Positions 8,830 through 17,443 of a stretch of DNA of 64,000 nt are shown piece by piece. The stretch's first letter is position 1. Each line of letters begins with the position of its first letter. The stretch is from Clostridia bacterium (GTDB taxonomy: Bacteria; Bacillota; Clostridia; Oscillospirales; Acutalibacteraceae), in the NCBI GenBank assembly GCA_017549285.1, contig JAFYVE010000046.1:2294-66293 (forward strand). Direction: 5' to 3'. The translations under genes and the position numbers were made by a program. The notes under the pieces are model-generated. The model made no database searches, was not told the DNA's origin, and was given only the letters and a program-made list of their open reading frames with translations.

Positions 8830-10128
8830 ATGAATTCGTTATGGAATGCGACTGCACAAAAAGGCAGTTTTCCCGTGCTTGAAGGTGACATCAGAACGGA
8901 TGTTGTTATAGTCGGAGGCGGACTTGCAGGTGTTATGTGTCTGAAAGAACTGAATGACAGAGGAGTTGACTGTGTTCTTCTTGAGGCGAAAACAATCGGT
9001 TCCGGTGTTACGGCAAACACAACGGCAAAAATAACATTTCAGCACGGGCTGATTTACGATAAACTTATAAATAAATTAGGTGCGGAAAAAGCAGGGATGT
9101 ACCTTTCCGCAAACAGAAATGCCCTTGCAAAAATAAAAAAAATGTCACAGGAGTACCCCTGCGACCTTGAAGAAAAGGATGCTTTTGTTTATTCTTCGGA
9201 TGACCGTGAAAAGATTGAAAAAGAAATACGAGCCTATGAAAAGCTCGGAGTTAATGCATCATTCTTTGATGACATTCCGTTACCTGTCAGGTGTGCAGGG
9301 GCAGTAAAAATAAAGAATCAGGCTCAGTTTCATCCCTTGAAATTTATGTACAGTGTGGCAGAAAATCTGAAAATCTATGAAAACTCAAAGGTGACTGAGT
9401 TTCTTCCGGGTAAAGTAAAATGTGAAAAGGGAAGTGTTACTGCCAAGAAAATCATTATAGCAACACATTTCCCCATACTCAACAAGCACGGAGCTTTTTC
9501 GCTTAAACTTTATCAGCATCGTTCATATGTTACGGCAATTGACAATGCTCCCGACATAAACGGAATGTATCTTGACGAAAAGGAAAACGGGTTTTCTTTC
9601 AGAAATTATAAAAATCTGCTCCTTGTGGGCGGTGGTGACCACAGAACGGGTAAAACGGGCGGTTCATATAATGTTCTCTATGATTTCTGCAGAAAGAATT
9701 ATCCCCGTTCGTCTGTTAAATATAATTTTGCAACACAGGATTGTATGACCCTTGACGGTATGCCTTATATCGGCAGATATTCAGGCAGTTCTCAGGATAT
9801 TTATGTTGCAACGGGTTTCAATAAATGGGGAATGACATCTTCACTTGTTGCGGCAGACATACTCGGTGATATGGTGACGGGCAGAAAGAACGATTATCAG
9901 GAGCTTTTTGCTCCCGACCGTTCTGTTCTGCATCCTCAGCTTTTTGCAAATATTTTTCATTCTTTTATGGGGTTTATTACACCTACAGTACCAAGATGTC
10001 CGCATCTCGGTTGTGCCCTGAAATACAACAAGGAGGAACATTCATGGGATTGTCCTTGTCACGGGTCAAGGTTTTCTGAAAACGGTAAACTTATTGACAA
10101 TCCTGCAACAGATGATCTGAAAAAATGA
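8830..10128 (+). CDS. FAD-dependent oxidoreductase with C-terminal Rieske [2Fe-2S] domain
   Basis: DVVIVGGGLAGV at the N-terminus; CPHLGC..(17)..CPCHGSRF Rieske motif at the C-terminus. ATG 8830 lies 7 nt after GAGGTG. Confidence 0.8.
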   Translation: MNSLWNATAQKGSFPVLEGDIRTDVVIVGGGLAGVMCLKELNDRGVDCVLLEAKTIGSGVTANTTAKITFQHGLIYDKLINKLGAEKAGMYLSANRNALAKIKKMSQEYPCDLEEKDAFVYSSDDREKIEKEIRAYEKLGVNASFFDDIPLPVRCAGAVKIKNQAQFHPLKFMYSVAENLKIYENSKVTEFLPGKVKCEKGSVTAKKIIIATHFPILNKHGAFSLKLYQHRSYVTAIDNAPDINGMYLDEKENGFSFRNYKNLLLVGGGDHRTGKTGGSYNVLYDFCRKNYPRSSVKYNFATQDCMTLDGMPYIGRYSGSSQDIYVATGFNKWGMTSSLVAADILGDMVTGRKNDYQELFAPDRSVLHPQLFANIFHSFMGFITPTVPRCPHLGCALKYNKEEHSWDCPCHGSRFSENGKLIDNPATDDLKK

Positions 10129-10137
10129 GGATATAAA

Positions 10138-11142
10138 ATGAAAATAGCTTTTTTTGATGCAAAGTCTTATGATAAACCGTCTTTTGAAAAGTATGGAGAA
10201 GAATCGGGAATAACTTTCAAATATTTTGAAACAAAGCTCAATGAAGACACGGTTGAACTCGCAAAGGGTTATGACGGAGTGTGTGTTTTTGTCAACGACA
10301 CAATAAATTCTTATGTCATTGACCGTCTTTGTGAAAACGGAGTCAGATTTCTGGCTCTGAGATGCGCAGGTTTCAATAATGTTGATATAAAATATGCAAA
10401 TGGGAAAATCCACGTTTTTCGTGTACCTGCTTATTCACCTTATGCCGTTGCAGAGCACACAATGGCACTTCTGCTCACTTCAATCAGAAGAATACACAAA
10501 GCATATATCCGTTCAAGGGATTTCAATTTCAGTCTTTCGGGTTTTACGGGATTTGATCTTCACGGCAAGACGGTGGGTGTTGTAGGTACGGGTAAAATCG
10601 GTAAGGTGTTTGTTGATATATGCCGTGGCTTCGGGATGAATGTCCTCGCATACGATAAATTTCCCGCAGAGGGTCTTGACAACGGTGATACAATCCGTTA
10701 TGCTGAGCTTGATGAACTGTTTGCAGGGAGTGATATCATTTCACTTCATTGTCCTCTTACGGATGAAACACATCATATGATTAATGCCAAGGCTATTGAA
10801 AAATGTAAAAAAGGTGTTGTCATTCTCAACACTTCAAGAGGAGCTCTTGTTGATGCCGTGGCACTTCTTGAGGGTATAAAATCAAGAAAAATAGGTGCCG
10901 CATGTCTTGATGTTTATGAAGAGGAAGCAGACCTGTTTTATGAAGATAATTCAGGTCATATTCTTGATGATGATATTCTCGCAAGGCTCATTTCAATGCC
11001 GAATGTGATTGTCACTTCGCATCAGGCATTTTTAACAGAAGAAGCACTTGAAAATATTGCTCATACAACGGTTATGAATATTGTTGAGTTTGCAGAAACG
11101 GGACAATGCTCAAACGAAGTGTGCTGCAGAAACAAACAATGA
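10138..11142 (+). CDS. ldhA: D-lactate dehydrogenase (D-isomer-specific 2-hydroxyacid dehydrogenase)
   Basis: Collinear with E. coli LdhA from memory: LRCAGFNNVD, RVPAYSPYAVAEH, GKTVGVVGTGKIG, SLHCPLT, NTSRGALVD, TSHQAFLTEEAL. Confidence 0.9.
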   Translation: MKIAFFDAKSYDKPSFEKYGEESGITFKYFETKLNEDTVELAKGYDGVCVFVNDTINSYVIDRLCENGVRFLALRCAGFNNVDIKYANGKIHVFRVPAYSPYAVAEHTMALLLTSIRRIHKAYIRSRDFNFSLSGFTGFDLHGKTVGVVGTGKIGKVFVDICRGFGMNVLAYDKFPAEGLDNGDTIRYAELDELFAGSDIISLHCPLTDETHHMINAKAIEKCKKGVVILNTSRGALVDAVALLEGIKSRKIGAACLDVYEEEADLFYEDNSGHILDDDILARLISMPNVIVTSHQAFLTEEALENIAHTTVMNIVEFAETGQCSNEVCCRNKQ

Positions 11143-11157
11143 AAGGAAAGTTGAAAA

Positions 11158-12099
11158 ATGCATTTATTGAAGAAACAGGAAGGCTGTTATGAGGGTCAGG
11201 CAGACCCGTTTATTCTTAAAAGCGGCGGAAGATATTATATCTATGTAACGGGGCACGATGCCGTTTATGCTTATCAGTCAGATAAGCTTTTTGATGGCTG
11301 GGAATATTACGGAAAGGTGCTCACAAAAGAGGGACACGATTCTTTCTGGGCTCCGAGTGTGATTGAGCTTGACGGAAAGTTCTATATGTACAATTCAATT
11401 GAAATCTATGATGACGAGCCTGATAAAGGCGGTCACAGAGGCGCTATGCACGTAAGTGTTGCCGATAATCCTTTAGGACCTTTTGAAAATCCCACAAGAA
11501 TTCTGCATCCTTTCTCAATTGACTCTCATATTGTTCAGAATGAATCAGGACTTTTCCTTTTCTATTCCGCAAACAAGTTTGAAGGGGACAGAATCGGCAC
11601 CTGTATTTATGTTGACAGAATGCTTGACCCGTTTACTCCCGAAGGCAAGCCCGTTCTTGTTGTTGAGCCTACTCTTGATGAAGATATTTATCAGAAGGAC
11701 AGATATAAAGAAGGTCAGCATTGGCATACAATCGAGGGTGCCTGTTATTTTAAAGAGGGTGATTGGCATTACCTGATGTATTCGGGCAACTGCTTTACAA
11801 CTCCCACATATTACATAGGTTATGCAAGGGCAAAGACAGACGAAACCGACCTTACAAAGATTAAATTTGAGAAGTACCCCGATGAGAATACTTATCATCC
11901 CGTACTCAAAGCAAATGAGTTTGAAGAAGGTACGGGACATCACTCAATGATAAAAGAAGACGGTCAGTGGTATGCAGTTTATCACGCAAGGGATTACGGC
12001 GATGAACTCAATGCTTTCGATGCAAGAAATGCAAGAATCTGTAAACTTCATGCTCAAGACGGCATTATAACTGCCGAGAGATATGAGAATCATATTTAA
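11158..12099 (+). CDS. Glycoside hydrolase family 43 protein
   Basis: ADPFILKSGGRYYIY, FWAPSVIELDGKFYMY and IEGACYFKEGDWHYLMYSG fit a five-bladed propeller pattern. No signal peptide. Confidence 0.75.
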   Translation: MHLLKKQEGCYEGQADPFILKSGGRYYIYVTGHDAVYAYQSDKLFDGWEYYGKVLTKEGHDSFWAPSVIELDGKFYMYNSIEIYDDEPDKGGHRGAMHVSVADNPLGPFENPTRILHPFSIDSHIVQNESGLFLFYSANKFEGDRIGTCIYVDRMLDPFTPEGKPVLVVEPTLDEDIYQKDRYKEGQHWHTIEGACYFKEGDWHYLMYSGNCFTTPTYYIGYARAKTDETDLTKIKFEKYPDENTYHPVLKANEFEEGTGHHSMIKEDGQWYAVYHARDYGDELNAFDARNARICKLHAQDGIITAERYENHI

Positions 12100-12104
12100 T
12101 CATA

Positions 12105-12133
12105 TTGACATATTTTTCTTTTTTATATATAAT
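12105..12133 (+). promoter_or_regulatory. Consensus sigma-A promoter
   Basis: TTGACA, 17 nt, TATAAT, exact. Confidence 0.7.
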
Positions 12134-12163
12134 TAATTTATATGACTCAAGGAGGTACTTAAA

Positions 12164-13810
12164 ATGAAAAAAAGATTTACAAAAATCATTTCATTCGTTC
12201 TTTGCTTTACAATGCTTCTTTCATGCTCAGGTGTAGTTTCATTTGCAGCAGAAGAAAGCGGTGTATCATTCGGTGATACAATAGCAAAGGGCTTTTACAA
12301 TGCTCTTAACGGTATTGTTGAAGGTCTTGTAAGTGCAATCTGCAAACTTTATCCCAATCCCAAGGACTGGCAGAATCTTTCTGACTATGACAGCGACGAA
12401 GTAGGCTTTATGGCAGGTCGTGATACATATCAGAAGGGTGCTGAAGAAGGCAATTTCTGGAGCCTCGGCTATGCAAGTCTGAGCGTGCTTCCCGAAGATG
12501 CAGGTGAAGGCAAGTATAATCTCGGCAGAGACCTTATGAATAAAATCGCAGAAGGCGTTTATGACGACCAGCGTGTACGTGTTGCTGTTATCGATGACAA
12601 CAGCGGTGAAGGTGCAGTTGTTATGGGTGCTGTTGACGGTATGGGACTTACATCAACTGACGTACGTGCAATCCGTGCAGGTGTTCTTGCTTACTGTGAA
12701 GAAATTGGTTTCGACGTTGCAAGTATCAACTTCTCAGCTACTCATGCTCACTCAGTTCTTGATACTCAGGGTGTCAGCACAGAGTTCTTCAAGAAGCTCC
12801 TTTTAGGTTTTGCTTATAACGCAATGGGCAAGACAGAATCAGTTCCCGGTATGGAAGCTGCTGATTATTTCAAACAGTATTTTATTGCTCAGTCAATTGA
12901 AGCTGTAAAGCTTGCAATTGCTGATATGGAAAGCGGTAAGCTCTACTTTGATGAAATCGATTTCAGCGAATTCATCAAGGATAAGAGAGGTCTTATTGCC
13001 AAGGAAGATGTTCCCGCAACAGCAGCCCTCTGCTTCGTTCCCGATTCAGGCAGCGAAATGACATATATCACAGATATCACATGTCATGCAACATCTTTCA
13101 GCGCAAGTAACGGTCTTGTAGGTTCAGACTACATCTACTATATGGACCAGTACCTCAAGGAACAGACAGGGGCTAACCTTGTTATGGTTCCCGGTGCTGT
13201 CGGTCAGATGTCAAGAGATATTGAAGTTGACACAACAGGTATGACAGAGTGGGAAGATATGGGTGCTTCTGCAAAAGCTCTCGGTGCAGAGTTTGCAAAG
13301 CTCGTTCTTGCTGCAGATTTCTCCAACGAACTTGATCCCGTTCTCAACGTTACACATAAGGAAATCTTCATCACTCCCGAAAACAGCATTCTTGTTCTTG
13401 CTTGTGAAATCAGACTTGTAAATAACAAGGTATTCCTTGATAATAACGGAAATGCACTTATGCCCTCAGAAATGGGTTACCTTGAATTCGGTAATGAGTT
13501 CGCATTCGCAATTATGCCTGCAGAATTCTATCCTGAAACATTCTGGGATGATGAAATCACAAACGGCACAACTTGGGACGGTACCGAATGGCCTTACGAC
13601 AGCCTTTCAGAAGCAGTTGAAGGCGTAACAATTTACCCCATCAGCATCACAAACGATGCTCTCGGTTATGTTCTTACAGACAATAACTTCGCATTCATGG
13701 GTCACATCATCGGTGAAGAAATTGCTGACGAACTTCTTTCAGTAGGTAAGCATATGGGTTCATTCCTTGTTGAAGAATACTATGAAATGATTGCAGATTT
13801 TGTAAAGTAA
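12164..13810 (+). CDS. Secreted hydrolase, neutral/alkaline ceramidase-like (tentative)
   Basis: Signal peptide MKKRFTKIISFVLCFTMLLSCSGVVSFA. INFSATHAHSVLDTQG resembles the ceramidase SATHTHSGPGG motif. Confidence 0.45.
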   Translation: MKKRFTKIISFVLCFTMLLSCSGVVSFAAEESGVSFGDTIAKGFYNALNGIVEGLVSAICKLYPNPKDWQNLSDYDSDEVGFMAGRDTYQKGAEEGNFWSLGYASLSVLPEDAGEGKYNLGRDLMNKIAEGVYDDQRVRVAVIDDNSGEGAVVMGAVDGMGLTSTDVRAIRAGVLAYCEEIGFDVASINFSATHAHSVLDTQGVSTEFFKKLLLGFAYNAMGKTESVPGMEAADYFKQYFIAQSIEAVKLAIADMESGKLYFDEIDFSEFIKDKRGLIAKEDVPATAALCFVPDSGSEMTYITDITCHATSFSASNGLVGSDYIYYMDQYLKEQTGANLVMVPGAVGQMSRDIEVDTTGMTEWEDMGASAKALGAEFAKLVLAADFSNELDPVLNVTHKEIFITPENSILVLACEIRLVNNKVFLDNNGNALMPSEMGYLEFGNEFAFAIMPAEFYPETFWDDEITNGTTWDGTEWPYDSLSEAVEGVTIYPISITNDALGYVLTDNNFAFMGHIIGEEIADELLSVGKHMGSFLVEEYYEMIADFVK

Positions 13811-13831
13811 TATAAAAGCTTTATATAAGAG

Positions 13832-13866
13832 ATTATCACCGTTTTATTACGGTGATAATTTTTTAT
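13832..13866 (+). terminator. Rho-independent terminator
   Basis: Stem attatcaccg/cggtgataat plus a T-run. Confidence 0.8.
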
Positions 13867-13945
13867 TTTTCTTTTACAGCATTGACAATTAATTTATTTT
13901 CTGTTAATTTATACATAATAATATTCATTTACGGAGGTAACGAAA

Positions 13946-15346
13946 ATGAAAAAGATGAAAAAAGTTCTTGCAGTTGTTCTTTCAGTTGCACTTCTTGCAG
14001 GAATGTTCACATGTTTTGCATCAGCAAAAACACATTATGAGTATAAGAAGTACGTTCTTCTCGGTGACAGCGTAGCAAGCGGTCACGATGACATTCTCTA
14101 TCTTCCCACAGAGTTCATAAGAGTTGAAGGTTCATATTCTGACCTTGTTGCAGATGCTCTTGGTGCAGAACTCATTCCCATGGCTTGTCCCGGTTTCAGA
14201 ACAATTGAAATGCGTTATATGCTCGAAGACGATTATGATTATGACGATGCATTTATGTTCCACGATACTGCAGACCCCGACGTTATGAAGGCAAGAATTC
14301 CTATGTACCGTCAGAATATCGCAGAAGCTGACCTTATCACTCTCGGTGTCGGCGGTAATGACTTCGGCACAATGATCACATGGCTTGTTGCTGACATTAT
14401 GGAAGAAAAAGGTATGAATCCCCAGCTTGTTGAGGCTCTCAGAGAACTCGGCAACGAAGCAGGCAGCCTCGGTGAAACAATTGATAAGGTTGTTGACCTT
14501 GCAAACACAATGAAGGCTCTCCCCGCTCTTCTTGAAGCTGTACCTGCAGCTCTTGCAAACGGTCTTGTCACATTCTTCACAAACTGGAACATTATGATTG
14601 AAGATATCTATGCTCTCAATCCCGATGCAACACTTCTTGTTATCGGTATGTTTGACAATGCAATCAAATCAGAAGAAGACCTTGTAGTTGACGAAGCAGA
14701 TGCAGCTAAAATCAACATTGGTCAGATGATTGTTGATATGGCAAACACACCCATGAAGGAGGGTGCAAAGAAGTACGGTTACACATTTGTTGACACAACA
14801 GGCACAATCTGTGTAACATATCATCCCACAGCAGAAGGTCATCAGCATATCGCTGACAGAATTCTTGAAGCTCTTCCCGACGCAACATTCCCCTATACAG
14901 ATGTTACTCTCGGCACTCCTCTTTACAATGCAGTTTCATATTTCTACAGAAACAACATCCTCTCCGGTGTGTCAGAAACTGAATTCGGTGTGAACAATGC
15001 TCTTACAAAGGCAGACCTTGCACAGGCTCTTTATGCTCTTGCAGGTTCACCCGAAGTAACAACAGAAAACCCCTTCACAGATACAGAAAGTGACGCCGCA
15101 GTATGGGCTGCCGCAAACGGTTATGTAACAGGCAACGGCACTTCATTCAGTCCCGATGCAGAAGTTTCAGCTTTTACATTTGCGATGACACTTTTCAGCG
15201 CATCATCAGAAATCTGTCCCGGACTTCTCGGTATTATCAAAGGTCTTGTTGCTGCTGTCACAACTATCTTTGAATTCGGTCTGAGTGCAGGTCCTATGAC
15301 AAAGGGTAATGCAGTAATAAAACTGTACGAAATGGCTGTGCTTTAA
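13946..15346 (+). CDS. Secreted SGNH/GDSL hydrolase with two C-terminal SLH-like repeats
   Basis: Signal peptide; LLGDSVASG (GDS block I); GVGGNDF (block III). SLH-like segments: YTDVTLGTPLYNAVSYFYRNNILSGVSETEFG and FTDTESDAAVWAAANGYVTGNGTSFSPD. Confidence 0.7.
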   Translation: MKKMKKVLAVVLSVALLAGMFTCFASAKTHYEYKKYVLLGDSVASGHDDILYLPTEFIRVEGSYSDLVADALGAELIPMACPGFRTIEMRYMLEDDYDYDDAFMFHDTADPDVMKARIPMYRQNIAEADLITLGVGGNDFGTMITWLVADIMEEKGMNPQLVEALRELGNEAGSLGETIDKVVDLANTMKALPALLEAVPAALANGLVTFFTNWNIMIEDIYALNPDATLLVIGMFDNAIKSEEDLVVDEADAAKINIGQMIVDMANTPMKEGAKKYGYTFVDTTGTICVTYHPTAEGHQHIADRILEALPDATFPYTDVTLGTPLYNAVSYFYRNNILSGVSETEFGVNNALTKADLAQALYALAGSPEVTTENPFTDTESDAAVWAAANGYVTGNGTSFSPDAEVSAFTFAMTLFSASSEICPGLLGIIKGLVAAVTTIFEFGLSAGPMTKGNAVIKLYEMAVL

Positions 15347-15362
15347 TAACTGAATTAAATTC

Positions 15363-15392
15363 AAGGCTTGTCTTCGGATAAGCCTTTTTTTC
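15363..15392 (+). terminator. Rho-independent terminator
   Basis: Stem aaggcttgtc/gataagcctt, TTCG loop, T-run. Confidence 0.8.
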
Positions 15393-15424
15393 TTTTAAAA
15401 TATTGTTTTTTTGCCTTTTTACTG

Positions 15425-15453
15425 TTTACAATCGCTTTTATTTATATTATAAT
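15425..15453 (+). promoter_or_regulatory. Sigma-A type promoter upstream of miaB
   Basis: TTTACA, 17 nt, TATAAT. Confidence 0.55.
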
Positions 15454-15488
15454 ATACAAGTTAAAGTATATTATTTTATCGTGGGGGA

Positions 15489-16913
15489 TTGTCTTTGGAA
15501 ATCAGAGAAGAAAAAAACGTGTTTGTGCCGCCTGCCGAACTCGAAAGGCAGCGGAAATATCTGAGCCTTATAAACACGGTTCTTGTTTCACGTTACGGGG
15601 ATTCCCCCAAAGCCTATGTTCACACTTACGGTTGTCAGGGTAACGTTTCGGACTCAGAAAGAATCAAAGGGCAGCTCCGTGAAATGGGTTACACATTCAC
15701 AGATACTCCCGACGATGCAGACCTGGTGCTTTTCAATACCTGTGCAGTCCGTGAACACGCAGAAGACAGAGTTTTCGGTAATGTGGGTGCACTCAAACCT
15801 ATAAAAGAGCAAAGAAAGAATATGATTATTGTTCTCTGCGGTTGTATGATGCAGCAGAAACATATTTCCGAGCGTATAAAGAAAAGCTTTCCATATGTAA
15901 ACCTTGTTTTCGGCACTTTTGCAGTCCATAAACTTCCCGAAATGCTCTACACCGTACTTTCAAGAGGTAAGAGAGTTTTTGAAGTTGAAGAATGCGACGG
16001 CAATATTGCAGAAGGGCTTCCCACAGAGCGTGACAGAGGTGCAAAAGCGTGGCTCCCGATTATGTACGGTTGCAACAACTTCTGTTCATACTGCATTGTT
16101 CCCTATGTAAGGGGCAGAGAGAGAAGCCGTATGCCCGAAGATATAATCAAAGAGGCAAAGGAGCTTATCGCAAACGGTGCAAAGGATATTACTCTTCTCG
16201 GTCAGAATGTCAATTCTTACGGAAAGTATCCTGATTGCGGAATGAATTTTGCAGGTCTTATCCGTGAAATAAATGCACTCGAGGGTGACTTCATAATCCG
16301 TTTTATGACTTCACATCCCAAGGATTGTACTTATGAGCTTCTTGATGCGATGGCGGAATGCGAAAAGGTTGCTCATCATCTTCATCTTCCCGTTCAGTCA
16401 GGCAGCAACAGAGTTCTGAAAGAAATGAACAGACGTTATACCCGTGAGCAGTATCTTGATCTGATAAGATATGCAAAGGAAAAAATGCCTGACCTTTCAA
16501 TCACAAGTGACATAATTGTAGGTTTCCCGGGGGAAACTTATGAAGAACTGCAGGAAACAATCAGCCTTATAAGAGAAGTTGAATACACTTCACTTTTCAC
16601 CTTCATTTACTCAAAGCGAGTGGGTACAAAGGCGGCTGAAATGGACGACCCCGTGACCTATGCAGAAAAGTCAAAATGGTTCAGGGAACTCTGCACGGCT
16701 CAGGAAGAAATTGCAGGTAAGAGAACCGCTTCAATGGTCGGCAAGGTTTACAGAGTGCTTGTTGAGCCTAATGAAAGAGAAGGTTATCTCACAGGCAGAA
16801 CAGGCGGAAACGTTTCTATTGAATTTGAGGGAAACCCTGACCTTATCGGACAGTTTGCAGATATTGAAATCACGGAAGCAAAAACGTGGATACTTTACGG
16901 AAAATTAAAATAA
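15489..16913 (+). CDS. miaB: tRNA-2-methylthio-N6-dimethylallyladenosine synthase (radical SAM methylthiotransferase)
   Basis: YVHTYGCQGNVSDSE (UPF0004 Cys), CNNFCSYCIVPYVRG (radical SAM CxxxCxxC) and a TRAM-like C-terminus. Start is TTG 15489 or TTG 15495; the latter is better spaced from GGGGGA. Confidence 0.9.
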   Translation: MSLEIREEKNVFVPPAELERQRKYLSLINTVLVSRYGDSPKAYVHTYGCQGNVSDSERIKGQLREMGYTFTDTPDDADLVLFNTCAVREHAEDRVFGNVGALKPIKEQRKNMIIVLCGCMMQQKHISERIKKSFPYVNLVFGTFAVHKLPEMLYTVLSRGKRVFEVEECDGNIAEGLPTERDRGAKAWLPIMYGCNNFCSYCIVPYVRGRERSRMPEDIIKEAKELIANGAKDITLLGQNVNSYGKYPDCGMNFAGLIREINALEGDFIIRFMTSHPKDCTYELLDAMAECEKVAHHLHLPVQSGSNRVLKEMNRRYTREQYLDLIRYAKEKMPDLSITSDIIVGFPGETYEELQETISLIREVEYTSLFTFIYSKRVGTKAAEMDDPVTYAEKSKWFRELCTAQEEIAGKRTASMVGKVYRVLVEPNEREGYLTGRTGGNVSIEFEGNPDLIGQFADIEITEAKTWILYGKLK

Positions 16914-16954
16914 TAAATTATGCTTTATGCATTAAATAAAAGGAGATTTTAAAA

Positions 16955-17365
16955 ATGACAGTAATTGAAGCAGCAAGAGAACTCGGCAAAGCTATTCAGG
17001 CAGACGAGAGATACACAAAACTCATGGCTTGTAAAGAAGCAAACGATAAGGATTCAGACCTTAACGCTCTTATCGGCAAACTCAACCTTATCCAGATGTC
17101 ATATCAGGTAGAGGCTGAAGGTGAAGCTAACGAAGAAAAGATGAACGGATTCGATAAGGAATTCCGTGAAGTTTACACAGAAGTTATGCTCAACGAAAAC
17201 ATGAAGAACTACGAAAACGCAAGACAGGATGTTGACGATATGATGAACTACGTTATGCAGCTCCTTTCAATGGTTGTCAACGGTGAAGACCCCGAAACAT
17301 GTGACCCTGCAAAGATGCAGTCAGAATGCTCAGGCTCATGTTCAACATGCGGCGGATGCGGTTAA
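16955..17365 (+). CDS. YlbF/YmcA-family regulator homolog with Cys-rich tail
   Basis: Helical 136-aa protein in the conserved slot between miaB and mutS. C-terminus CDPAKMQSECSGSCSTCGGCG. Confidence 0.55.
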   Translation: MTVIEAARELGKAIQADERYTKLMACKEANDKDSDLNALIGKLNLIQMSYQVEAEGEANEEKMNGFDKEFREVYTEVMLNENMKNYENARQDVDDMMNYVMQLLSMVVNGEDPETCDPAKMQSECSGSCSTCGGCG

Positions 17366-17443
17366 GCTGTTAATTCGTAATCAGTAATTATATCGAAAAG
17401 GGCGTTGCCCCTTAAACCCATTAAAAAAGGAAGGAAGAACAGA

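Noticed and set aside
15368-15643. 91-aa + strand ORF overlapping the miaB start.
   Set aside because: It spans the terminator, the promoter and the 5' end of miaB in another frame, with no RBS.
17405-17443. N-terminal extension of MutS in the ORF track (MPLKPIKKGRKNR).
   Set aside because: It starts at a non-ATG codon with no RBS and runs through a fragment of the intergenic repeat. ATG 17444 has GGAAGGAAG upstream and gives the canonical MutS N-terminus.
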